64,000 nucleotides of DNA, taken from assembly GCF_947568905.1 (NCBI RefSeq), contig NC_079168.1, positions 88,350,001 through 88,414,000 on the forward strand, read 5' to 3'. Source of the stretch: Ostrea edulis. Its lineage: Eukaryota. How positions within the stretch are numbered: the first letter of the stretch is position 1; every line of letters starts with the position of its first letter. A model generated the notes under the pieces. The model was not told the DNA's origin and made no database searches. It was given only the letters and a program-made list of their open reading frames with translations. Below are positions 50,701-62,700 of the stretch, piece after piece. A program made the position numbers and the translations under genes.

Positions 50701-53700
50701 TTGCTGCATTGACAAAGAAATAGTACATGCATGCCAATTAACAACTCAGATTAGTGATGTCTTACCTGGTGGGTCTACCTTGATGGTGGGAGTTTCTGAT
50801 TAGTGATGTCTTACCTGGTGGGTCTACCTCAATGGTGGGAGTTTCTGATTAGTGATGTCTTACCTGGTGGGTCTACCTTGATGGTGGGAGTTTCTGATTA
50901 GTGATGTCTCACCTGATGGGTCTACCTCGAGGGTGGGAGTTTCTGATTAGTGATGTCTTACCTGATGGGTCTACCTCGACGGTGGGAGTTTCTGATTAGT
51001 GATGTCTTACCTGATGGGTCTACCTCGACGGTGGGAGTTTCTGATTAGTGATGTCTTACCTGATGGGTCTACCTCGAGGGTGGGAGTTTCTGATTAGTGA
51101 TGTCTTACCTGATGGGTCTACCTCGACGGTGGGAGTTTCTGATTAGTGATGTCTTACCTGATGGGTCTACCTCGACGGTGGGAGTTTCTGATTAGGGATG
51201 TCTTACCTGATGGGTCTACCTCAACGGTGGGAGTTTCTGATTAGTGATGTCTTACCTGATGGGTCTACCTCGACGGTGGGAGTTTCTGATTAGTGATGTC
51301 TTACCTGATGGGTCTACCTCGACGGTGGGAGTTTCTGATTAGTGATGTCTTACCTGATGGGTCTACCTCGACGGTGGGAGTTTCTGATTAGTGATGTCTT
51401 ACCTGATGGGTCTACCTCGACGGTGGGAGTTTCTGCTTGTCCCACATCAGTAACAGCAGTGACAGAAAAGGATATTTCTGAAGAAGAAGTTGAGAATTAT
51501 AAGGGGAAATAATCCTGCTTCAGTAAATTAATGAACACTGTATGGACTTGATTTTATAGCCTCACTGTTATCAGATGTATCTTCATCCAGGACACTGTGA
51601 AACCCAACACCTCGGAAAGCCACTCGACCATTAACAATCAGGATAAATTCTCGAAGTCTGCCATTCAGCTCAAAACTGTCAGTCCAGTCGACATAAAACA
51701 AAGATCCATTGACGGAATTTTGTGGATATCTGATGTACACTGGGTCTGAAAATAGAAAGTGACTTCTAAACTTAATGTGACATCTAAACTAACATACTGT
51801 GTAATCTCAAGTTTTCTCCCCCATTAAGAGTTAATTTAATTGCATGTAAATTCCACGTGCTACAGACTGACTGTAATACATTTGAAAACTTGGAGTGAAG
51901 AAGACAAATGGTACGTATACCCCACTCTCAATTCCAAGAAGTAACTTAAGAGGATCTCTCTCATATTGTAGATTTTTTATACACATGCATTATACAAGAA
52001 CTTCAAATTTGGCAAAATCACCGTTCAGCATGAATTCATTAGAAAGTACAATCAGTTATAAATAAAAAGTGAGACTTTGACAAATAATTGGGAAATTACA
52101 GAACTTAAGGGGAAAGAAACAGTTGGATCCACCTCTCCTTCCTATTGGCTCCTTTCATCCAACCTCCCATCCCTTCTCTCCATCCTTCTACCCCTATTAC
52201 CCCTCCCTTCTCTTTCTCATCAGTCTCCTTTCATTTATTCCTCCTCCCATCCCTTTTCCTCCCATTCCCTTCTTTCCCAACTCTCGCCCCTTTTATTCCT
52301 CCATCCATTCCTTCTCTCCTTCCTCCCCTTATTTTCCTCCTGCCTCCTTTCATCTCTCCTTCCATCCCTTCTTTCCCTCCACTCTTTCTCTCCCCCTTTG
52401 TTCATTCCATTCCTCCTCTCTTCCCCCTCTCTCTTCACCCACTTTCCCTCTAGCCTATATGCCCACACAACTCTAAATCAACACTGCTGAAGAATACCCA
52501 CTTGTCTGCAGTGTTTCTGCTCTTGTCCAGCCAGCATCTTCCACCCCTCCAGCAGTATTGTAGGACAGAACCTGGAAATCGTAGGCAGTGTAAGGAAGCA
52601 GTCCCATCACTATCCTCTCCAGAACGAGCCCCTCGTACACTCGCACGACGTCGCCAAGACGACATGACATGGTAAACGGCTGCCAGGTCATAGGGCAACT
52701 CTGCCTTTGGTTCAGGACAAATCTGCAAAGACAGATATGACACTTAATGCTGATATAGAAATTTCTGTCTGAAAATAAGATGTATGTGACCTTTCAGCTA
52801 CAAACTTTGCACAAGAAATAAAGTATACAAAACATGTATATTATATGATTTATTACATATTTGGAGGGGGGGGGGGGGGGGGGGGGGCAGAATGATCAAA
52901 TACAACATTCAAACAAGAGATGTTTGTAAAACACATATGCCCCTGTATATTATATGATTTATTACATATTTGGAGGGGGGGGGGGGGGGGGGGGGGGCCA
53001 GAATGATCAAATACAACATTCAAACAAGAGATGTTTGTAAAACACATATGCCCCTCCCCCCATGGTGCAAAATTGAAAAGGGTTATACACACACATCATT
53101 TAATTTATAGTATTATCATCAATTCAAAATATTGAGCAGACAATATTTTTCTATGTCAAGAGTGGATTGACCATGTGACCTAAAAATCAATAGGGGTAAT
53201 CTACTCCTTATGCTGTACCAGTGTACCAAGTTTGGTGTCAATCAAGCAAATGATTCTTAAAATATGAGAGACAACATATTACCATGACTAGTTCAACCAT
53301 TCAACTTTGACCATATGACTCAAAATAGGGGTCATCTTCTCCTGAAGATGTACAAGTGTAGTAAGTTTGATGTCTGTCAAGCAAAGGGTTATCAAGATAT
53401 TGAGTGGACAGTATATTACTATGTCCAGTTTGACCCTTGACCTTTAAATCAATAGGGGTCATTTTCTCCTGAAGATGTACCAGTGTACCAAGCTTGATGT
53501 CTGTCAAGCAAAGGGTTCTCAAGATATTGAGTGGACAGTATATTCCTATGTCCAGAGTAGATTGACCCTTGACCTTTTGACCTGAAAAACAATATGGGTC
53601 CTCTTCTACTCATAACCAATCCATATATGAAATATCATTATCATCAAAAGAATGGTTCTCAAGATATTGAGCGGACAACATGTGGTCTGCCGACTGACTG

Positions 53701-56700
53701 ACAGGTGCAAACCAATATGCCCCTCTTCTTTGAAGGAGGGCATAATAAAAAAAAAAACCTGAGTCAAATAAAATTAACCTCTAACATGTATTCAGGAAAA
53801 GTCAAAATTAAATTGGAAAACAAACAATTTATTGGAGAGATGTAAAAATTGCATCTTGATGTTTTAAGAGGGAATGAGAGAAGAACAGAATGTTTGAGGC
53901 AGAGAAAATATAAATTTATAATGTAGAAATTATTGACGACATACCAAGACTAATGCATACCACTGATCCTATCTAATTCACTGCTCATTGATTGAGAAAA
54001 TGTACATAAGACTATTACTTGAGGATCTCTCCATTGGGTTCCCTTGGGTAGTTCCAGATCAGCTGGAGTGTTGTACTGTTGGCAAAGCTGACTTGCACTG
54101 GACCCTGGCCCACTGGTCTTGCAGCATTGGTTTGGATTAGGATGGCCAGACTGTCAGTACAGCCTCCCTGGGTACAGACCCGCCCCCTCAAGGAATACCA
54201 GGTGTAGGGTACGAGCGGGGAGGTCCGTCCCACAGTATGTGTGAGGGTTTTACTGCTGCTTCTCTACAATAAAAGTAAAAATTATAAATTTCTTACACTG
54301 CTGTTGTGTACATTTTGATTTTCTGTATATGACGTATTTTCCATGTGTGACAGTGTATATGGAATCTGCATGATAAAACTCCACCACAAGTGGAGCATAG
54401 TAATTAACGCTTTATTCATGAGAGTTTTAATTTTGTGTATTTGAGAGGTTACCTTGATGTAAAAATAGGGTTCTCCTGATTATGTAGAGATGAATAAATT
54501 ACATTTAAAAAATTATGTCTGATTTTTTCACAATATAAATGAAAATTATCTCTGATTTTTTCACAATATAAATGAAAATCAACATATTTTGCTGATTCCT
54601 TGTAAATCACCATAAAATGACCGATTCCCTGCAAAAAAATGAACTGATACACACCTAGCTATTCCAAACACCTAACAACTTCATTTCATCTCATGAAAAG
54701 TTTTGATATGTTCCAAATGGAATAATGAATATTCATTGTAAATGGAATTGCATCATGAGTTAACTGGTCCTCATAAAAGAACCAGTTTAAGGTAGCAAAT
54801 GAGAACAATCATGACGAGTAAGTCATGTGGATCCAGGTTTTAAACATTGTATTAAGTTTTATGGTTAAATTATATCTATGAAGGAGTTGGTAAGATTCCA
54901 GTTCCCCTTGAGTAAGCATCATAGTTGCCAATCCCCAACATGTAAAAAGAGGGTCATGACCCTCTTTGGAAAGCAAAAAATCTGGTCATATTGCGTAAAG
55001 GCATTCACAACATATTTAGCAGTATTATATGTGTTTTAAGTATTTCTATCTAAAAAATATTCACAACAGAAATTTGTGTATTGTGTACTATTTTCCTGAT
55101 GAGAAGCATCAATTGAAAGTGACGGAGATGGACAATATTCAAAGCAGGACACAGATTGATTAAATTTACATGATACAAGGACATTTAAGGTTTTATTGTT
55201 TAGTTCAGATCTGAGTTCAGTGTGTATTTTCTTTACAAAATTCACATCCGAAGATGATGGCAAAAACATGTATTTTATATGTGATTTTGGTTTTAGCTCC
55301 AGACCCAACGAACAGGTACGTGGGAATTACACAGCAAACATTAAGCTTCATGCTGTCCTCGATAACTTTTTTTTACCCATGAAAGTCGTTTTCCCAGATT
55401 TGTTAATAGATACATAAGTATCATTTTCTTTTTGTTGGCATGTCTGCTGGCACTATTAAGGATCTCTTCTTAGTGGAAGCCATTTTACATAATGACTTGA
55501 ATCCCTGATTTGCCCAAACAATAATTGTTAACACCTGCTTTGATAACTTATCTGTAACATACATGGCCATCAGGATTGTTTACGTAGATCCAAGCTTGAG
55601 TTTCAAACTGGAATTACATGCGTGAACTAATTTACAAAACCAAACCCGGAAATCGGATGAAAGGTATGATCTGTCAAGTCGGGTTACGGGTCAAAAAATG
55701 GGATGTAACCCGACAAAATTGGGCGAGTTGGCAACTATGGTAAGCATATTTCCCGAGAATCAAAGTCTACATATTGCACACATACCACTGTTCCATTCAC
55801 AAGGACATTGTACATTATGATAACGCCATTAGGGACTGCTGGGGGACTCAGCTGCACTGTTATCACCACATCCGTTTTATTCTAAAAATTCAAATCACAA
55901 GATGATTGACACACGAAAATCAGATGATAAAATCACAGAAACTAATCTGTATACGTAGACTAAAGATAAGTTTATAACTTAGTACCTGAAGGACCGGTGG
56001 GCTGAACCCAGTGGGCGGAGCCTCTTTGGTACTGATACTAGTCCACTTGCTCTCTGTCCCACCCACATTATTGAGTGACATAACCATGTACTGATAACTG
56101 GTGTAGGGTAATGTAGTGAAATCATTTGTCCTTGTCTTAGTGCCGTTATAAACTGATACTCGCTCTGTGTAAGACATGCCTGGAAAATAAAAATACATAA
56201 AGAATAGAAGAGTTGTCAGAAGACAACATAACTTGCTGGGAAGCATGATTATACTTACCCTATTCCCTTCGGTTCAAAAGGTTAAAGTGCTCGGAGACTT
56301 TATCAAAAAGTCAAGGCCACTAATTTAAAAATTTGGGTATCATATGAAAGGGCTGGGCATGAGGCATCTATAAGTGAAATATCAAAGCCCTATTCCCCTT
56401 GGCTCAAAAAGAAATAGCCAAGGTTAAAGTTTTTGAAAAGTCAGTCAAAGTCCAAGGTCAATAAGTCAAAAGTCTTGGTACCAACAGAAATGCCTGGCCA
56501 TGAGGCATCTATATGTAAAGTATTAAAGCCCTACAGACATATCCCCCTTGGTTCAGAAGAGATAGCCAAAGTTTAAGTTTTCCCTTAAAGTGTGATGTTG
56601 ATGCCGCTTACACCAGAATCATGACAATAGCTTCTCCAGATATCTGTACAGGTGAGCAAAACAAGAGACCCATGGATACAGTGGACACCACCCTTAGAAA

Positions 56701-59700
56701 TTAATCTTATAGGTGCAGGGACCATTGTTGCAAGCTTCACTGAGTCACTGGCCATGATTTGACCATACTAAAATCTCAAATATGGTACCTATGGATGTTT
56801 GTATATCAATTTCTAAAATTGTAACACAATTGCTATTAAGAAGATTTTCAAAGCTTCCTGAGCAAAACTTTAGAACTCCCCCTCCAGTGGGAATTGGGGA
56901 CACAATGTGAGCAAATCTGCATCTCAAGTGCAGATATTTTTTAAAGCTTGGAGTCTTATTGTATCTAGATTGCTAGAGAATTACCTATAGTTTGTTTCAA
57001 CTACAAAGTCCTTTTGAGATTCCTAGATAATTATATCTCATTACAGCTACAAAGTCCTTTTGAGATTGCTATATAATTATAGCTCATTACAGCTACAAAG
57101 TCCTTTTGAGATTGCTATATAATTATAGCTCATTTTAGCTACAGAGTATATACAAACCTTTTCAGATTGCTAGAGACTTACCTATAGCCTCCATGACAGA
57201 TTTCCTTCTATAAATTTTGTATTGTGTGATGACTCCATTAGGCTTTAGGGGAGGGTCCCACGACACCAGAACCCCAGCATGTCCACCAGTGTCGTCTGCT
57301 AAAGCCAAGAGGGTAGGGGAAGCCTGTTCCTCAGGAACGGACTCCAGAGTCCTGGCTTTAGCCCCCTCACTGAGCTCACATCCTCTGCTGGTACAAGCCT
57401 GAACCCTGAAAGTGTACTCCGTCCAGAAGTGAAGGCCAGGTACAGTGTAACTCAGCACAGTGGCTCCTCCATTGTAAATTATTTGACCATCTTGTAGAAG
57501 GGTGTAGTTCTGAATATGTCCATTCGGTTTCACAGGTGGATCCCATGTAGCTTGTATTGAGGTGGACGACAAGGGTTTCAGAACGGGTGCACGGAGACCA
57601 GCTGGAGAAGATGGGTATGTTGTGGCAATAGCAGCTGGACTTTCCACACTCCCTTTCCTATTTCTTGCTATTACAACATAAGAATAACTTGTTCCAGGAC
57701 TCAGGCCATAGTCTGTAAAGGTGGTCACTAGCTGTCCTGAGATGGAGAGACTCTGGGTGTAAATCAATGATCCATCTCTTCTGACATCGTAAGAGGTGAT
57801 GATCCCGTGTGGGCTGAGTGGAGCTTTCCACATCACTTCCACTGACTGGGAACTCAGGACATTCAGTTTGGGTTTCTCTAAACCAGTGGGAACATCATCC
57901 AATGGCCTGCCACTCACCTCTCCACTTTTAGTACATCCACCTCGCGTGCAGGCTGTCAGTGAAAATGAGTACAACTTGTATGGAGTTAGTCCTATTTGAA
58001 TATGTTCAGTGTTAACTCCACTGTAGACAACACTGCTGTCCATTGTAAGTTGGTACTTTGTGACTTGACCACTTTCCTGACCTAGTGGCACCCATGTAGC
58101 TTTGATAGCATTGGAACTGACAGCCTCCAGATTTGGAGAATCTACTTTGGCTGGTGGAGATTCCACTGTTCTTAGTATGGTTGGGGGGCTAGCAGTACAC
58201 CCACCTGCCGTACACACCGTTATTGTGTAACTGTAAAACGTATAGGGAAGCAAGATGGAGTCCACATACTCAAATTTGTCATTGGTGTCGAAACTCAGGG
58301 GAACACTGTTATTTCTCTGTAACTGATAACTCTGAATGACTCCATTAGATCGGGTGGGAGGGGACCATGTTATTTTTAATCTGTCAATAGAATCAGGAAT
58401 ATACTCCACAACAGGGGAAGCTACTCCCTGAGGTGGAGCTTGCTCAGTAAAGATAGTCTGCCATGGACTTTGTACTGAACTAATGACATTGGTTGATTTA
58501 ATGCTATACTGATACTCTGTATAGGGACGAAGCCCCATATCAGTGTAGGTAAAGGAGAAGCCAAGAGTGTCATTGGTGGAATATATGACAAGAGGATCGG
58601 AGAGCTCTCGTTTCACTAGCCGTGTCTGCTCTTGCCTCAGTACCTCATACATTACAATCTCTCCGTTTGGTTGAATTGGCCTTGTCCATGAAATCACCAC
58701 TGAAGTGGCGTTTACTTCCAACACTTTGGGGATAGGCTGATTTGTTGGTGCAGCCTCCGCAGTTAAAAAATTTTGAAGCACACCTTTAGTACATCCTGCC
58801 TTTGTGCAAGCCTCAAGCTGCACTGTGTACAAAGTAAAAGGCTGAAGTCTCCTCATTTCAAATTCACGACTAATGCCCTGATATACAGCCACCGAAGAAC
58901 CGAGTTCATACAGCCTGTACACAGAAACAACTCCATTTGGTCTCGCTGGTGGATCCCAACGTAAAATTAAGGCTGTTCCAGAGGTGATTTTTTCAGCTTT
59001 GATAACAGGCATACCAGCTGGAGAGGATTGATCAGTTTGTACAATAACTGTTTCTGAGGAGGAGTTTCCTACATTGTTGATAACTTGCAAATAAACCTCA
59101 TAGTTTAAGTAAGGTTTCAGACCACTAATTAGTGTCTTAAAAACATTGGGAGAAACTGACAAATACTCTGCTGTGTGATTTCCTGGACTGATTTTCACTT
59201 CTTTGTACACAATCCTGTACTCCAGGATAACTCCATTTGGATTAAGAGGAGGATTCCAGTGAACCATAAAACCGAAGGCACTGGTGGCATTGATACCTGG
59301 TCTCTTCAAACCACTAGGTGATGCCTCTAGGGTTCGAACCAAAGCCCAACCACTAGACGCATCCCCCTCTTTGTTGCCAGCCACAACTCTGTACTGATAC
59401 TGTGTGTATGGGCGGAGATCTCTCCCAGCATGGCTGATATGGAGAATCTCACTGTCCACTCTGTTGATCAAGAACTCAATAAAAGAACCTTCCTTTCGGT
59501 AATAGATGAGGTACTGGATAATCTCTCCATTAGGAAAAAGTGGTGATGTCCAGTCTATATCCACTATATTGGGGCCTTTTGCTGTCAAGATCGGAGGCTG
59601 CATGTCAGAGGGAGGAGCCTCTTTGGTCGTGATGCTGGTTCCCATTCCTATTCCACATGCGTTGGGTTTACCAGCCAGGCAAGCAAGCAATCGAACATCA

Positions 59701-62700
59701 TATTCAAAATGAGGCTTCAGTCCTGTAACTACAGTGGAGAAGTTTAGGCCGACTCTTTTCTCAATCTCTGACGGTTGTCCAGCGTTGAGTATAACTCCAT
59801 ACTGATCAATCGTGCCAGAGGATGTTACAATGGGGTCCCACTCCATGTAGACCTGGGAACTGCTTTGTACAGTCACAGTCTTTAAGGCTGGGATATTATC
59901 AGGTATATCAGTTGGCATAGACACAGACTTAATGGAACTGCTTGTGTTGCCTACACTGGTTCCCACTATTAAATAGTAACTGTACGTGCTGCCTGGCTCC
60001 AGTCCCGAGTCGGGTGAAGACAATGCTTTACCAAAATACACATTCCTGGCTCCCCGGTGAGAAATTCTCATTATGGAATAAAACTTGAGTAATCCATTCA
60101 TTGATTCTGGAGTGTCCCAAAAAATCAGAACCGAGGTGGTGGTGAGAGCCACAATCCTGGGAGGTAGAACACCTGCAATAATCAGACAGCAGGTTCTGAA
60201 TTCTATAACCACTGTCTTACTTTTGAAATGTGTACAATATCGATAGCAGTTCAAATCAAATTTCATGCTTTTGATTGAAATTGTAATAAAGAGAGTTAAT
60301 TGTATCTTACTAAATGCTTTTCAAACTGAAACTGTCTAAATGGGACAACCCCCCCCCCCCCCCCCCCCCTATCATTTACCCTAATATGACCTACTAACCC
60401 TTGCATTAGTTTTGTGTAAAAATTACATATGCGAAGCATTGGGTCATAGGATATTCGACTTAAAGCATAGAAATCACCTTTTACGACAGATAGACAGGCA
60501 GGATGAAGCCAATACCCCCCCCCCCCCTCTCCCCACACATGTACAGAATGTTTTGTTTTGATCGGGAACATATAAGCAATTTCCTTAATCAAAGATGATT
60601 TCAAGACAATTGTTCAATTCTTGGTTGTAAAAAATAGCATTATAGGACAAGAATGGCTAAGAAATGATCTTATCGTAAAAATTTCTATCAAAAAAATCAT
60701 TACCTTCAGGTAACTCATCTTTGGTTTGAAAATGGACTTCCTTACTCTTAGTACAACCCACTCTGGTGCAGACCTCAATAGAAATGCTGTAGTTGGAATA
60801 TGGCTTTAGGTCTGTAATCAGGAAATCAGGCAGGTACATAAAATGGAATTGAGTAAAAATTTTGTTTCTCACTCCATTAGCTTCAATTGGGTATCTTTAA
60901 TTTATTAAAATTAACATTGCATTTCTTGACATTAACCTACTGTACATGTATATATTTGCCTATAAGTTGGTTTGCCTATAAGTCATTTGTATAGTTTTTA
61001 GGTTATTTTGGAGGGAATTGCCATTGACCCATTTGTAAGTCGGTTTAACTTTTTTCAAGAGTCGGTTTACAATTTCAAATCAATGCTCTAATGTTTTTAC
61101 TTGTGTTTCAAATAATATTTTGAGAAATGCGTCAATATTTGATTTTTTCCCCCAACAAATCAATTTCATATTAATACTCTTTTGTATTCATCTGTGTTCT
61201 AATTATGTTTTAGGATGTGACATCGATATTTCACTTTTTATTCTCAGCAAATTAAACAGTTACTATTTTATTTATTTCGTCCATGTTTTTGTTGTTTAAA
61301 AATATTAGGCTATATATTACGCCATCCAGAAATATACTAATCTTCTTAGGACACTCCAATAAGTTGGACATAAGAGTTTTGGACCAAAATTTAACTCCCA
61401 AAAATCCGACTTATAGGCGAGTATGTATATACGGTAGTGTTTTTGATATTAACCTTGCAATTATTGATATCAATCTTTTGTTATTGGTATTAGCCTCATG
61501 TTAACTGATATTAACTTTGTGTTACTGACGTTCATCTTGTTTTACCGACACAGATCTTTATGTTAATGACCTATGTTTATTTGTAATAACCTTGTGTTTA
61601 CAGGCATTGACCTCAAGTTCTTGACATTAACTTTGTCCTCACATTGACCTTGTGTTATCAACATTAATCTTTTACTGTTGACGTAAACATCATTTTTACT
61701 GTATTAATTTGACAACAGGAGATCAGGAGATAGACTTACCTCTCACTGTGACTGACAACAGGCGATAGACTTACCTCTCACTGACTGACAACAGGAGATA
61801 GACTTACCTTTCACTGACTGACAACAGGAGACAGACTTACCTCTCACTGTGACTGACAACAGGAGATAGACTTACCCTTCACTGACTGACAACAGGAGAT
61901 AGACTTACCTCTCACTGACTGACAACAGGAGATAGACTTACCTCTCACTGACGGACAACAGGAGATAGACTTACCTCTCACATTGACTGACAACTGGAGA
62001 TAGACTTACCTCTCACTGACTGACAACAGGAGATAATAGACTTACCTCTTACTGACTGACAACAGGAGATAGACTTACCTCTCACTGTGACTGACAGCAG
62101 GAGATAGACTTACCTCTCACTGACTGACAACAGGAGATAGACTTACCCCTCACTGACTGACAACAAGAGATAGACTTACGCTTCACTGACTGACAACAGG
62201 AGACAGACTTACCTCTCACTGTGACTGACAACAGGAGACAGACTTACTCCTAACTGACTGACAACAGGAGACAGACTTACCTCTCACATTGACTGACAAC
62301 AGGAGACAGACTTACCTCTCACTGTGACTGACAACAGGAGACAGACTTACTCCTAACTGACTGACAACAGGAGATAGACTTACCTCTCACTGACTGACAA
62401 CAGGAGATAGACTTACCCCTCACTGACTGACAACAGGAGATAGACTTACCTCTCACTGACTGACAACAGGAAATAGACTTACCTCTCACTGACTGACAAC
62501 AGGAGATATACTTACCCCTCACTGACTGACAACAGGAGACAGACTTACCTCTCACTGTGACTGACAGCAGTATGGTTTTAATTGCCTGTCCATTAGACAC
62601 ATACAGGACATAGTTAGTCAGGATACCGTTGGGTTTGGATGGCGGTTTCCAGGACACATCCACACTCTTTGACTGGACCTGGATGATGGTTGGGACATCA

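Noticed and set aside
50750-51433. CRISPR-like regular repeats (also 61714-62566 and 48250-48648)
   Set aside because: Eukaryotic introns, head-to-tail units with no unique spacers, no cas genes.
52077-52490. Ser/Leu/Pro-rich and Glu/Arg-rich ORFs
   Set aside because: Translations of a CT low-complexity tract in a USH2A intron.
52450-52743. 97-aa minus-strand ORF overlapping the USH2A exon
   Set aside because: Alternative frame of exon 52722-52502; the FN3 motif LLPYTAYDFQV is in the other frame.
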